Source: Planctomycetota bacterium
GTDB lineage: Bacteria > Planctomycetota > UBA1135
Length of the DNA stretch: 64,000 nucleotides
Reading direction: 5' to 3'
NCBI GenBank assembly: GCA_027020785.1
Contig: JALUVI010000009.1
Location: 3,469 to 67,468 of the forward strand
Made by a program: the position numbers and the translations under genes. The notes under the pieces are model-generated. The model saw only the letters and a list, made by a program, of their open reading frames with translations. It searched no databases and was not told the origin of the DNA. Shown here one piece after another: positions 24,545-32,914 of this stretch; position 1 is the first letter of the stretch; each line of letters begins with the position of its first letter.

Positions 24545-27052
24545 CTACTCGACCCGCAGCGGCGCGCCGTCCACCTCGTCGGGGACGGCCACCCCCATCA
24601 GCCGCAGCACGGTCGGCGCGAGGTGCACCGCATCGTAGTGGTCCGCCCCCGCGGGCAGGGCCGCCGGACGGCTGGAGAAGAAGATGCCCTGGACCTGGGC
24701 CAGGTCCACACCGCAGTGGTCGCCGGACCACGGCGAAGTGTTGTCGTAGACCGGCTCCTTGGCCGCCGCGATCAGGGCTCCGTCCTCGGTCTCGACGTCC
24801 TCGAGTCCGATGCGCCCGTCGGTCACCGACCACGCCGCGCGGTAGCCCGGCGCGAAGTCGATGGTGAGCTCGGCCGCGCCCTCGTACGCCGGCAGGCGGG
24901 GCGCCCCCTCGGGGCGAGCCGTCGGATCGATCCACGGCCCCTGATAGATGTCGTGCTTGCGATAGACCCGCCGCACGATCTTCTCGCCGGTCTCCGGGTC
25001 GGTCAGCTCCATCAAGCGCGCCTCGATCTCGTCCATCACGGCATCGGCCTCGGCCGGGTCCACGATGCCGTACTTCTCCCTCCCCTTCAGGTTGAGGTAG
25101 ATCTTGCCGATGGCCGCCGAGTAGGCCTGGGTCCGCGACCAATCGGCCCAGTTCAGGTTGGCGGTCGCGATCTCGCGCGCCGTCTTCGGTTGCCCGAGCC
25201 GGTTGTGGTCGTCCAGCGCCGCGAAACCCTCGCGCACGAGCCAGTTGTTGAGCTGGACCTGGCGGCGGAACGAATCGAACCCGTGGTCCGAGACCACGAG
25301 CAGGACGTCGTCGGGCCCCATCGCCTCGTCCAGCAGCCAGCCGACCACGTCGTCCATCTGCTGGTAGGTCTTCAACCAGGTGTCGGCGATGGGCATTCGC
25401 TCGCCGAAGAACTCGACCTCCCGCCCGGCCAGGGCAGGGTCGTACTCCGGGTGCTTCGGGTCGAAGTGCCGCATCAGCATGTGGCAGACCCGGTCGGGCG
25501 AGCCGAAGAAGTGGAACAGGACCCGCCAGTCGTCGTCCTGCATCGCGTCCTCGAGCATCCTGCGGCGCCAGCCGTAGGTGAACTCGATGTCGGCGAGGAA
25601 GGCGTCGTCCGAGAGTTCGGCGTCCTTGACCGCATGGGTCTGACACGCCCACCCCAGGGTCTCGAAGGGCCCGATGCGCTCCTTCACCTCGGCGGCGAAC
25701 CCGGGCGGCCAGCAGATCTTGGACCCCGGCGTCGGATGGTCGGGGTCGATCTGGAGCGGCGACGCGAAGAGCTCCAGTTCACCGTCCACCTCCTCGGCCC
25801 AGAACCGCACCATGGCGTGGGTGGAGAAGCGGTCGTTCCAGGGGAACTCGACGAAGTAGAAGTCGCTCCAGCTGCCCAGCGGGATGGTCTGGGCGACGCC
25901 GTCCACCGTCAGCTCGACCGCTTCGTCGCCGCGGCTCCAGCGCACCTCCATCGGCACCCAGGTCCGCATCAGGTCGCGGCCGCCGCTGGCCAGGGCCTTG
26001 AGTCGCGAACGCTCCTTGGCGCGCTCGGGCGACGGCGAGGAGGCGAGGGCCTGGTCCAGTTCGGCGATGCGCGCCTGCACCTGCTCGCGCCGCCACTGGT
26101 TGAAGGGGCCGATCAGCTTGGACCGCCAGGTCCCGGGCTCGTCGCCCGCCTGCAGCCGGTACAGGTAGACCGTGCCGGCGCGGGTCCCGCTCGGCGAGGT
26201 CGGGGTCGGCGCGTCCTCCTCGGTCCACGCCGGCTGCGGCCGGTAGGTCTTGTTGTGCCGCACCCGCTCGTCCGCGGTGGTCCACAGCGCCGAGCTGTTG
26301 AGCCCGCCGGTCGCGTCGGGCGCACCGAGGCCGGCGATCAGCTTGCCGTGCTCCAACTCCTGCACCGGGTACGAGACGATGGTCCCCTGACCGCGGAACG
26401 GGACGCCCGCCTGGTCGAGGACCTCCCAGAAGTCGGGCTCCATGTCGGCGCGCGAGTAGTCGGTGAAGCCGCTCTCGGGATAGACGTCGCGCCACGACCA
26501 CGCGTACCACGCGCCGCCGCCGGCCACGGCCAGACCGAGCAGGACCGCCAGCGGCCGGGAGCGCCGCCGCAGGCCCAGGAACAGGACCCCGCCGAGCACC
26601 AGGCTGCCGCCGAGCAGGCCCCAGACCTGCTTCGGGTCGGCGAAGGGCAGGCCGGCCTCGGCCGCAGTGACCTTGCGCGGCGCGGTGAAGCCGAACTCGA
26701 CCGACATGCCGGAACCGCGGGGATTGTCGCGGAACACGCCGATGAAGTCGAAGATCCCGGTCTTGCCCGGGTTGCAGCCGGTGTTGATGGTCGCCCAGGA
26801 CACCGGCGACTGCGCCGGGTTGGCCGGCATGAAGGGCGCGAAGGTCCCCTGGTCGCGCAACCGGGCGAAGTTCGGCAGCAGGCCGGCGTCCATCCATTCG
26901 GCGGCCTTGCGCGAGTCCATGCCGTCCATGCCGAGGACGATGACACGGCCCTGGGCGGCCCCTCCGCCCCCGGAGTCCCCGGAGGGAGTCGGCGCAGCGG
27001 CCTGCGGTAGAATCGAGGCGGAGAGGAGGAGGGTGAGCGAAACGATGGACAT
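24545..27052 (-). CDS. Alkaline-phosphatase/NPP superfamily protein, 835 aa, with a TM hairpin inserted in the catalytic domain
   Basis: A signal peptide is present. Motifs are 'VLGMDGMDSR', 'PAQSPVSWATINTG', 'VSDHGFDSFRR' and 'WSGDHCGVD'. Two hydrophobic helices ('VWGLLGGSLVLGGVLFLGL' RRRSRP 'LAVLLGLAVAGGGAWYAWSW') are encoded at about nt 26492-26626. Confidence 0.75.
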   Translation of the reverse strand: MSIVSLTLLLSASILPQAAAPTPSGDSGGGGAAQGRVIVLGMDGMDSRKAAEWMDAGLLPNFARLRDQGTFAPFMPANPAQSPVSWATINTGCNPGKTGIFDFIGVFRDNPRGSGMSVEFGFTAPRKVTAAEAGLPFADPKQVWGLLGGSLVLGGVLFLGLRRRSRPLAVLLGLAVAGGGAWYAWSWRDVYPESGFTDYSRADMEPDFWEVLDQAGVPFRGQGTIVSYPVQELEHGKLIAGLGAPDATGGLNSSALWTTADERVRHNKTYRPQPAWTEEDAPTPTSPSGTRAGTVYLYRLQAGDEPGTWRSKLIGPFNQWRREQVQARIAELDQALASSPSPERAKERSRLKALASGGRDLMRTWVPMEVRWSRGDEAVELTVDGVAQTIPLGSWSDFYFVEFPWNDRFSTHAMVRFWAEEVDGELELFASPLQIDPDHPTPGSKICWPPGFAAEVKERIGPFETLGWACQTHAVKDAELSDDAFLADIEFTYGWRRRMLEDAMQDDDWRVLFHFFGSPDRVCHMLMRHFDPKHPEYDPALAGREVEFFGERMPIADTWLKTYQQMDDVVGWLLDEAMGPDDVLLVVSDHGFDSFRRQVQLNNWLVREGFAALDDHNRLGQPKTAREIATANLNWADWSRTQAYSAAIGKIYLNLKGREKYGIVDPAEADAVMDEIEARLMELTDPETGEKIVRRVYRKHDIYQGPWIDPTARPEGAPRLPAYEGAAELTIDFAPGYRAAWSVTDGRIGLEDVETEDGALIAAAKEPVYDNTSPWSGDHCGVDLAQVQGIFFSSRPAALPAGADHYDAVHLAPTVLRLMGVAVPDEVDGAPLRVE

Positions 27053-28208
27053 GCGTAGGGGGGTGCGACTCGGCCGAGCCCGGGATTATCGTCCCAATGG
27101 ACGCTCGGCTGCAACCGTTCCTTCCGGCGGTTCGGCCCGAACCCCCTTGCTCCTCGTCCTCGTCGGGCTCCTGGCCGTCCTCGCCGCGCTGTGGTGGACG
27201 CCGGGCCCCGCCCCCGGCCCCGCGCCCGCGCTCGACACGGACCCGGCGCCCGTGCAGGCGCATCCGCTCCGTCCCGGCGAACTGCAGGGCGAGGTCGCGC
27301 CGGTCGCCGAGGAGGCGCCCTCCTGGCGCCGTGAGGGCGTCGTCCTGCCGCCCGACTCGCCGTTCCACGCCGTCGGCCCGCCGCCCGGCAAGGGTCTGAT
27401 CCGCGGGCGCGTCGCCCCTCCGACCTGGGGCACCTGGCCGCGGCGCATCGACGTCTTCCTGGAGCGCCAGGACGACGGCGTCGAGGTCGGACGCTGGCAG
27501 CCGACCTCGGCCGAGCCCGACTTCCGTTTCGAGGACGTCCCCTACGGCCACTACCGGCTGCGAATGGAGGCGGGGGACTTCGAACCGGTGCGGATGCTCC
27601 TGACCCTGTCGCCCGCCTCGCCGGACCTCTACGTGCCCCTGCCGCTGCGCCCGGCGGCGCGGGTCGCCGGCCGCGTCCTGCGCCGGGACGGGGCGCCGGT
27701 CGAGGGCCTGACCGTGACCGTGATCCCCAAGCGGGCCACTCCCGAGATGCCGGCGGTGCCGAGCACCGGCGTCACCGACGAGCTCGGGCGCTTCGTCGTG
27801 AGCGGCCTGCCCCCCGGAGCGTTCCTGGTCCATCCGGGCCCCCCCCACCACCCCGTCGGCCCGGCGCGGGAACTGCGCCTGGGCACCGGGGAGGAGTGGG
27901 TCGAGCTCAGGGTGCCGAGGCTCGGCGCCGCCGTGGTCGAGCTGGAGGACCTCGACCACGGCGGGTTCGCGGGGCTGCGCGTCCAGGCGCTCAGGGTCGG
28001 CCACGGCGCCGCCGACCCGGGCTACTCCGTCAGCCTGCCCGCGGACGAGGACGGCAGCGTCGAGTTCCGCCACCTCCCCCCCGGCGAGTACGCGTTCACC
28101 GCCTACGGCGGCGCCTTCCAGCGGGTCATCCGGCGCGGTCGGGTCCCCCCCGACGGTACGGTCCGCGTCCACGTCCCGGTGCGCCGGCGCGACCAGAGGG
28201 GCCGCTAG
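27045..28208 (+). CDS. Membrane-anchored protein with carboxypeptidase-regulatory-like (CarboxypepD_reg) repeats
   Basis: The start is the ATG at 27045 ('MDMRRG'). The TM segment is 'LLLVLVGLLAVLAALWW'. Repeated segments such as 'GRVLRRDGAPVEGLTVTV...TDELGRFVVSGLPPGAF' resemble that fold. The upstream part of the listed ORF is antisense shadow. Confidence 0.5.
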   Translation: MDMRRGVRLGRARDYRPNGRSAATVPSGGSARTPLLLVLVGLLAVLAALWWTPGPAPGPAPALDTDPAPVQAHPLRPGELQGEVAPVAEEAPSWRREGVVLPPDSPFHAVGPPPGKGLIRGRVAPPTWGTWPRRIDVFLERQDDGVEVGRWQPTSAEPDFRFEDVPYGHYRLRMEAGDFEPVRMLLTLSPASPDLYVPLPLRPAARVAGRVLRRDGAPVEGLTVTVIPKRATPEMPAVPSTGVTDELGRFVVSGLPPGAFLVHPGPPHHPVGPARELRLGTGEEWVELRVPRLGAAVVELEDLDHGGFAGLRVQALRVGHGAADPGYSVSLPADEDGSVEFRHLPPGEYAFTAYGGAFQRVIRRGRVPPDGTVRVHVPVRRRDQRGR

Positions 28209-29558
28209 GTGGAGACCGGACCCGAGTCCCCGGTCCGCGAGGCGCTGCGCCTCGCCTGGCCCGCGACCCTCTCGCTGCTGCTGAACGCCGCCTACCGGGT
28301 CAACGACCAGTGGTGGATCCAGGACCTCGGCCCGGACGCCCAGGCCGCCCTCGGCGTCACCACCTTCTACCTGATCCTGAACTTCGGCCTGTTCTCGCTG
28401 CTGACCGCCGGCACGCTGGCCCGCATCGCGCGCCACACCGGGGCCCGCGACCGTGCCGGCGTGCGCCGGGTCTGGCGCAGCACCCTGACCCTGGCCGTGA
28501 TCTGGCTCGGCACGCTGGCCGTGCTCGGCTCGACGCTCTCCGACCGACTCGTCGTCCTCTCCGGCGCCCACGGCGAGGTCCGCGCCCTCGCCGCCGGCTA
28601 CCTCCGCACCATCTACCTGGTGGTCCCCCTCATCGCCTGGAAGCCGGTGGTGGACGCGGTCTTCATCGGACTCGGCAACACCTTCGTGCCGATGCTCCTC
28701 TCCGGTCTCGCGGTCGGCCTCAACTTCGTCCTCAACCCCATCCTCATCTTCGGCTGGTTCGGCCTGCCCGCGCTCGGCGTCGAGGGCGCCGCCCTCGCCA
28801 CGGGGCTGTCGCGCGGCATCGCCGGCCTCGCCGGCACCGTCATGCTGGCGCGCTGGTTCCACCTGCCGCCGCGGCTCGGCGTCCCGGCCGACCGCCGGGA
28901 GGTCCTCACCCTGTTGCGCATCGGCGCGCCGGTCTCGCTGTCCACCTCGGCCTACGCCCTGGTCTTCCTGACCGTGCTCAAGACCAGCGTCGAGCCGCTG
29001 GGGCGCGACGTCCAGGCCGGGCTCGGCGTCGCCTTCAACGGTCTGGAGTCGCTGTCCTACTGCGGGATGATGGGTCCCGCCATCGCCGCCAGCTCGCTGG
29101 TCGGCCGCCGCCTCGGCGCCGGCGACCCCCTCGGCGCCCGCCGCGGCTTCACCGCCTGCATGACGGCGAGCTGCGGCTTCGCGGCCCTGACCATGCTCGC
29201 CTTCCTGGTCGTCCCCCGCGGCCTGGCCGGCCTCTTCACCGACGACCCCCGGGTGCTGGAGCAGGCCGCGCTCTACCTCGGAGTGGTCGCCTGGAGCCAG
29301 GTCGCCACCGCGGCCGACGGGGTGCTGCAGCAGTCGCTCGCCGGCGCCGGGCGCACCCTGGCCATGTCGAGCCTCAACCTCGGCGGCTACGTGCTCCGAA
29401 TTCCGCTGGCCCGCTTCCTCTCCATGACCCAGGGCTGGGGCGCCGCCGGGGTCTGGTGGGCGCTCAACCTCTCCAACTACCTGAAGCTCGTGGCTATGAT
29501 TCTGCTCTTCCGACGGCTGCGACTCTTCGCCGCCCCTCCCCAGCGAGCCCCCGCGTGA
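28209..29558 (+). CDS. MATE-family efflux transporter
   Basis: It has a GTG start. It is polytopic with about 12 TM segments, and the N-terminal 'LAWPATLSLLLNAAYRVNDQWWI' is typical of MATE proteins. Confidence 0.85.
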   Translation: METGPESPVREALRLAWPATLSLLLNAAYRVNDQWWIQDLGPDAQAALGVTTFYLILNFGLFSLLTAGTLARIARHTGARDRAGVRRVWRSTLTLAVIWLGTLAVLGSTLSDRLVVLSGAHGEVRALAAGYLRTIYLVVPLIAWKPVVDAVFIGLGNTFVPMLLSGLAVGLNFVLNPILIFGWFGLPALGVEGAALATGLSRGIAGLAGTVMLARWFHLPPRLGVPADRREVLTLLRIGAPVSLSTSAYALVFLTVLKTSVEPLGRDVQAGLGVAFNGLESLSYCGMMGPAIAASSLVGRRLGAGDPLGARRGFTACMTASCGFAALTMLAFLVVPRGLAGLFTDDPRVLEQAALYLGVVAWSQVATAADGVLQQSLAGAGRTLAMSSLNLGGYVLRIPLARFLSMTQGWGAAGVWWALNLSNYLKLVAMILLFRRLRLFAAPPQRAPA

Positions 29559-29611
29559 CGGTTCCCACCCCCTTCATCCAACCCCGGGACTACCCGCCCG
29601 ACCGCGTCTTC

Positions 29612-30046
29612 ATGACCCAGGAGGAGGTCATGCGGCGCAACCCCCAGCGCTTCGAGTTCCTCCAGGTCGACTCCATCCTGCACCTCGACCTCGAGGAGAA
29701 CCTGGTGGTGGGGCACCGCGTCCTGCGCGAGGACGAGTTCTGGGCCCGCGGCCACCTGCCGGGGCGTCCGCTGTTCCCCGGGGTCCTGATGTGCGAGACG
29801 ATGGCGCAGGTCGCGAGCATCCACGCTCACATGTACCTCGAGTTGGAGGAGGACGTGTTCATGGGCTTCGGCGCGCTCGACAAGGTGCGCTTCCGCGAGG
29901 CCATCGCTCCGCCCGCGAACCTCTGGGTCGCCGGCCGCATCATGAAGGCGTCGCGGGTCCGCCCCTACTTCTCGTGGGAGGGCCAGCTCCTGACCGAGGA
30001 GGGCAAGGTCGCGGCCCAGGCGCAGATCACCGGCGTCGGGCTCTGA
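29612..30046 (+). CDS. FabZ/FabA-like hot-dog dehydratase
   Basis: 'RFEFLQVDSIL' and 'GHLPGRPLFPGVLMCETMAQ' match the FabZ 'HFP..P..PGVL..E..AQ' motif. An alternative GTG start at 29555 overlaps the MATE stop. Confidence 0.75.
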   Translation: MTQEEVMRRNPQRFEFLQVDSILHLDLEENLVVGHRVLREDEFWARGHLPGRPLFPGVLMCETMAQVASIHAHMYLELEEDVFMGFGALDKVRFREAIAPPANLWVAGRIMKASRVRPYFSWEGQLLTEEGKVAAQAQITGVGL

Positions 30047-30095
30047 CCCCGGAGGCCGATCCCGACGCGCCGCCGGACCGGACGGGACGGACGAC

Positions 30096-30950
30096 CTACT
30101 CGCCGCCGTCGGGCGGCAGGATGGCCATGACGTCGAGCTCCCGGCAGTGGCAGGCGACGCCCAGGAGCTCGGACAAGGACGGTCGGGTCCGCCCCTCCTC
30201 TCCGCTGATGGCTTCCTTGACGTAGGTGCCGTGTGCGGTGCGCAGCAGCAGCAGCCACTCCTCGCCGTCCTGCTCCCAGTCGAGGAGCTGGACCCAGCGC
30301 TTGCGCTCCATCATGGCGCGCCGGTGCTGGACCCGGGCCGGCGTGGTCTGGACCACCTCCACCCGGCCCCGCTCCTGGAGCGCGGCCAGGCGCCGCTCCA
30401 TCTCGTCGGCGGCGAGCCCCTCACCGTCGAAGCGCACCCGCACCCGATACTCCTTGGCGCAGCGGCTCTCCTTGATCTCGGGGATGCGCTTGCGCCCGCA
30501 CAGCCGCAGCCCGCGGACCTCGATGCGCCCCTCCCAACGGCGGTTGATCTCGGCCTCGAGCTCGGCCACGTCGGCCTCGGGCCGGGCCGCCTTGACCAGC
30601 TCGAGCACGAACGGCCGGCCCTCGCCGAGCATGCGCACGTCGAGGTCCTCGCGTCCGGCTCCGTGGAACTTGTTGGTGCGCGCCTTGAAACGCGGCATCG
30701 CGACCCGCGCGATCAGCTCCTGCACCGAGTCGCGGGTCAGCTTGCCGAAGCCCTCGCAGCGCTCGCACCCCCGTCCCTTGCAATCGGGGCAGTAGAAGAT
30801 GGTCTGCGGGAGGTCGCGGACCAGCTTGCGGTAGCGCCCCTCGATGTAGACCTTGACCCGGGGCCGCTTGGGGGCGGCCGGCCGGTTGGCGTCCTCGGCG
30901 GGCGTCGGGGCGGCGTTCTCGCCGCCGGCTTGGGGCTGGGTCTCGGGCAA
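30096..30950 (-). CDS. Pus10-family tRNA pseudouridine synthase, catalytic domain only (no THUMP domain)
   Basis: 'GRYRKLVRDLPQT' and 'CPDCKGRGCERCEGFGK' are present. The catalytic motif is 'GREDLDVRMLGEGRPF'. 'TPARVQHRR' and 'GTYVKEAISGEEGRTRPS' also match. There is no in-frame ATG. I propose TTG at 30950. Upstream codons are the antisense shadow of lgt. Confidence 0.75.
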   Translation of the reverse strand: MPETQPQAGGENAAPTPAEDANRPAAPKRPRVKVYIEGRYRKLVRDLPQTIFYCPDCKGRGCERCEGFGKLTRDSVQELIARVAMPRFKARTNKFHGAGREDLDVRMLGEGRPFVLELVKAARPEADVAELEAEINRRWEGRIEVRGLRLCGRKRIPEIKESRCAKEYRVRVRFDGEGLAADEMERRLAALQERGRVEVVQTTPARVQHRRAMMERKRWVQLLDWEQDGEEWLLLLRTAHGTYVKEAISGEEGRTRPSLSELLGVACHCRELDVMAILPPDGGE

Positions 30951-30965
30951 GGGTAGGATGCGGGC

Positions 30966-31925
30966 GTGTGGCCTGAACTGTTCCGCCTTCCGGTGATCGA
31001 CGTGCCGCTGCGCAGCTTCGGGCTGTTGCTGGGGCTGGGCTTCCTGACGGCGGTGTGGATGGGGGCGCGCCTGGCCGCGCGCTACGGTTCCGACCCGAAG
31101 CGCGACCCGGAGCGTCTCTACGACGTCGCTTGGTGGGTGCTGATCGGGGTCGTGGCGGGCGCGCGGTTGGCCTTCGTGCTGATCAACCTGCCGCACTACC
31201 TGGAGCACCCCCTGGACGTCGTCAAGATCTGGGAGGGGGGTCTGGTGATGTACGGCGGCCTCATTCTAGCCCTGGTCCTCGGCGGCTGGAAGGTGAAGCG
31301 GCTCGGGATGCCGCTGTGGCGCACCGCCGACTACGGCCTGACCGCCGGCTTCCTCGGCCAGGCCATCGGTCGCCTCGGCTGTCTCGCGGTCGGCGACGAC
31401 TACGGCGCCCCCACCAGCGTCCCCTGGGCCATCACCTTCCCCGACCCCCTGCCGCGGGGCAGCGCCTTCCCACCCGAACTGGCCGGCGTCCCGGTCCACC
31501 CCACCCAGCTCTACCTGGCGCTCGCCGCCTTCGGCCTGTTCCTGCTCGGCCTGTGGTTGCTCCCGCGCAAGCGCTTCCACGGCCAGGTGGTGGCGGTGCT
31601 GCTCGTGGCCTACGCCGTGAGCCGCTTCGTCATCGAGGCCTTCCGCGGCGACGCTCTGGCCCGCCGCGGCCTGTTCCGCGCCGGAGCGACTCCGGAGGAC
31701 GCCATCGCCCGCCTCGCCGAACACGGGGTGCGGGTGGACCCCGCCGGCCGCATCATGGACCCGGACCGCTACCGCGAGCTGCTCCTCCAGGGCGTCGAGG
31801 GCATCCGCCCCGAGCTCCTGCTCTCGACCTCGCAGATGATCTCCATCGCCGTGGTCGTGTTCGGGCTGGGGCTCTACCTGGTCCTCGGCCGTCGTCCCGA
31901 GCTGCGGGTCACCCCCGACGCGTGA
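30966..31925 (+). CDS. lgt: Prolipoprotein diacylglyceryl transferase with a C-terminal extension
   Basis: It has a GTG start. Motifs are 'YGGLILALV', 'GQAIGRLGC' and 'VHPTQLY'. Confidence 0.9.
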   Translation: MWPELFRLPVIDVPLRSFGLLLGLGFLTAVWMGARLAARYGSDPKRDPERLYDVAWWVLIGVVAGARLAFVLINLPHYLEHPLDVVKIWEGGLVMYGGLILALVLGGWKVKRLGMPLWRTADYGLTAGFLGQAIGRLGCLAVGDDYGAPTSVPWAITFPDPLPRGSAFPPELAGVPVHPTQLYLALAAFGLFLLGLWLLPRKRFHGQVVAVLLVAYAVSRFVIEAFRGDALARRGLFRAGATPEDAIARLAEHGVRVDPAGRIMDPDRYRELLLQGVEGIRPELLLSTSQMISIAVVVFGLGLYLVLGRRPELRVTPDA

Positions 31926-31926
31926 G

Positions 31927-32892
31927 GTGGCCTTCCTCGCCGGGGTGGACGAAGCCGGGTACGGGCCTCCGCTCGGTCCCCTCGTCGTCGGCCACGCCCT
32001 GTTCCGGGTCCCCGACCCCGAGGTCCGGCTCGGCTCGGTGCTGCGCCGCGCCGCGGCCCCCGGCCCGCGCCGCAGCCAACGCGACCGACGGCTGTGGCTG
32101 GACGACAGCAAGAAGGTCCACCAGGGCCCGCACGGGCGGCGGCGCATGGCGCGCACCGTGGCCGCCTTCCGTCGGCTGATGGGCGCCGAGGACCCGGCGC
32201 TCGCGAGCTGGGTCGCCGAGCCGCCCTGCGGCGACGCCCGGCTCCTCCACGCCGCACCGTGGTTCCTGGAGCTGGACGGTCCGCTGTGCCCGGAGGCCTC
32301 GCCCGATCGAGCCCGCCTGGACGCGGCGCTCCTCGGCCGTCACCTCGACCGCGGCGGCTGCGGTTTCGCCGGCTTCGGCGCCCGCGTCGTCCCCGCGGTG
32401 GAATGGAACGGCCTGCTCGACGACCACGGCAACAAGGGCGCGGCCCACGCCGCGGTGGTCTTCCCCATCCTGGTCCACCTGGTCGAACGCGTCGCCGGGG
32501 CCCCCCTCCGCATCGAGGTGGACCGCCTCGGCGGGCGCATCCGCTACGGCGCGTTGTTGCGCCGCCACTTCCCCGACGCGCGGATCGAGGTGCACGACGA
32601 AGGCCCGGCGGCCTCGCTCTACACCCTGCACCTGCCCGAGCGCAGCCCGGTCCAGGTCCGCTTCTCGGAGGGCGCCGACGGCCGCCACGCCCAGACCGCT
32701 CTGGCCTCGCTGGCCGCCAAGCAGACCCGCGAGCGCCTGATGGACCTCTTCAACGACTGGTTCGCAGCGCACGACCCAGCCTTGGAACCGACCCGCGGCT
32801 ACGCCCAGGACGCCAACCGCTGGCTGGCCGACGCCGCCCCCCTCCTCGAGCGCCTCGCCCTCGACCGCCGCCTGCTGGTGCGCGAGCGCTAG
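31927..32892 (+). CDS. Divergent RNase HII-like domain protein (321 aa)
   Basis: It has a GTG start. 'GVDEAGYGPPLGPLVV' can be compared with RNase HII 'G.DEAGRGP..GP.V'. 'DDSKKV' and 'ADGRHAQTALASLAAKQTR' can be compared with '..D....VAAASI.AK..R'. A large insertion lies between these motifs. Confidence 0.5.
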   Translation: MAFLAGVDEAGYGPPLGPLVVGHALFRVPDPEVRLGSVLRRAAAPGPRRSQRDRRLWLDDSKKVHQGPHGRRRMARTVAAFRRLMGAEDPALASWVAEPPCGDARLLHAAPWFLELDGPLCPEASPDRARLDAALLGRHLDRGGCGFAGFGARVVPAVEWNGLLDDHGNKGAAHAAVVFPILVHLVERVAGAPLRIEVDRLGGRIRYGALLRRHFPDARIEVHDEGPAASLYTLHLPERSPVQVRFSEGADGRHAQTALASLAAKQTRERLMDLFNDWFAAHDPALEPTRGYAQDANRWLADAAPLLERLALDRRLLVRER

Positions 32893-32913
32893 GCGTCGGT
32901 GTCGCCCTCCTCC
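32853..32913. repeat. Direct repeat, copy 1 (47 bp perfect at 32853-32899; 61 bp with 2 mismatches)
   Basis: It is identical to 34446-34492 at an offset of 1593 bp. It spans the 3' end of the RNase HII-like CDS, a CTAG stop and a remnant resembling the Tex-like C terminus ('EEGDTDA*' against 'EKGDSDA*'). Confidence 0.9.
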
Positions 32914-32914
32914 T

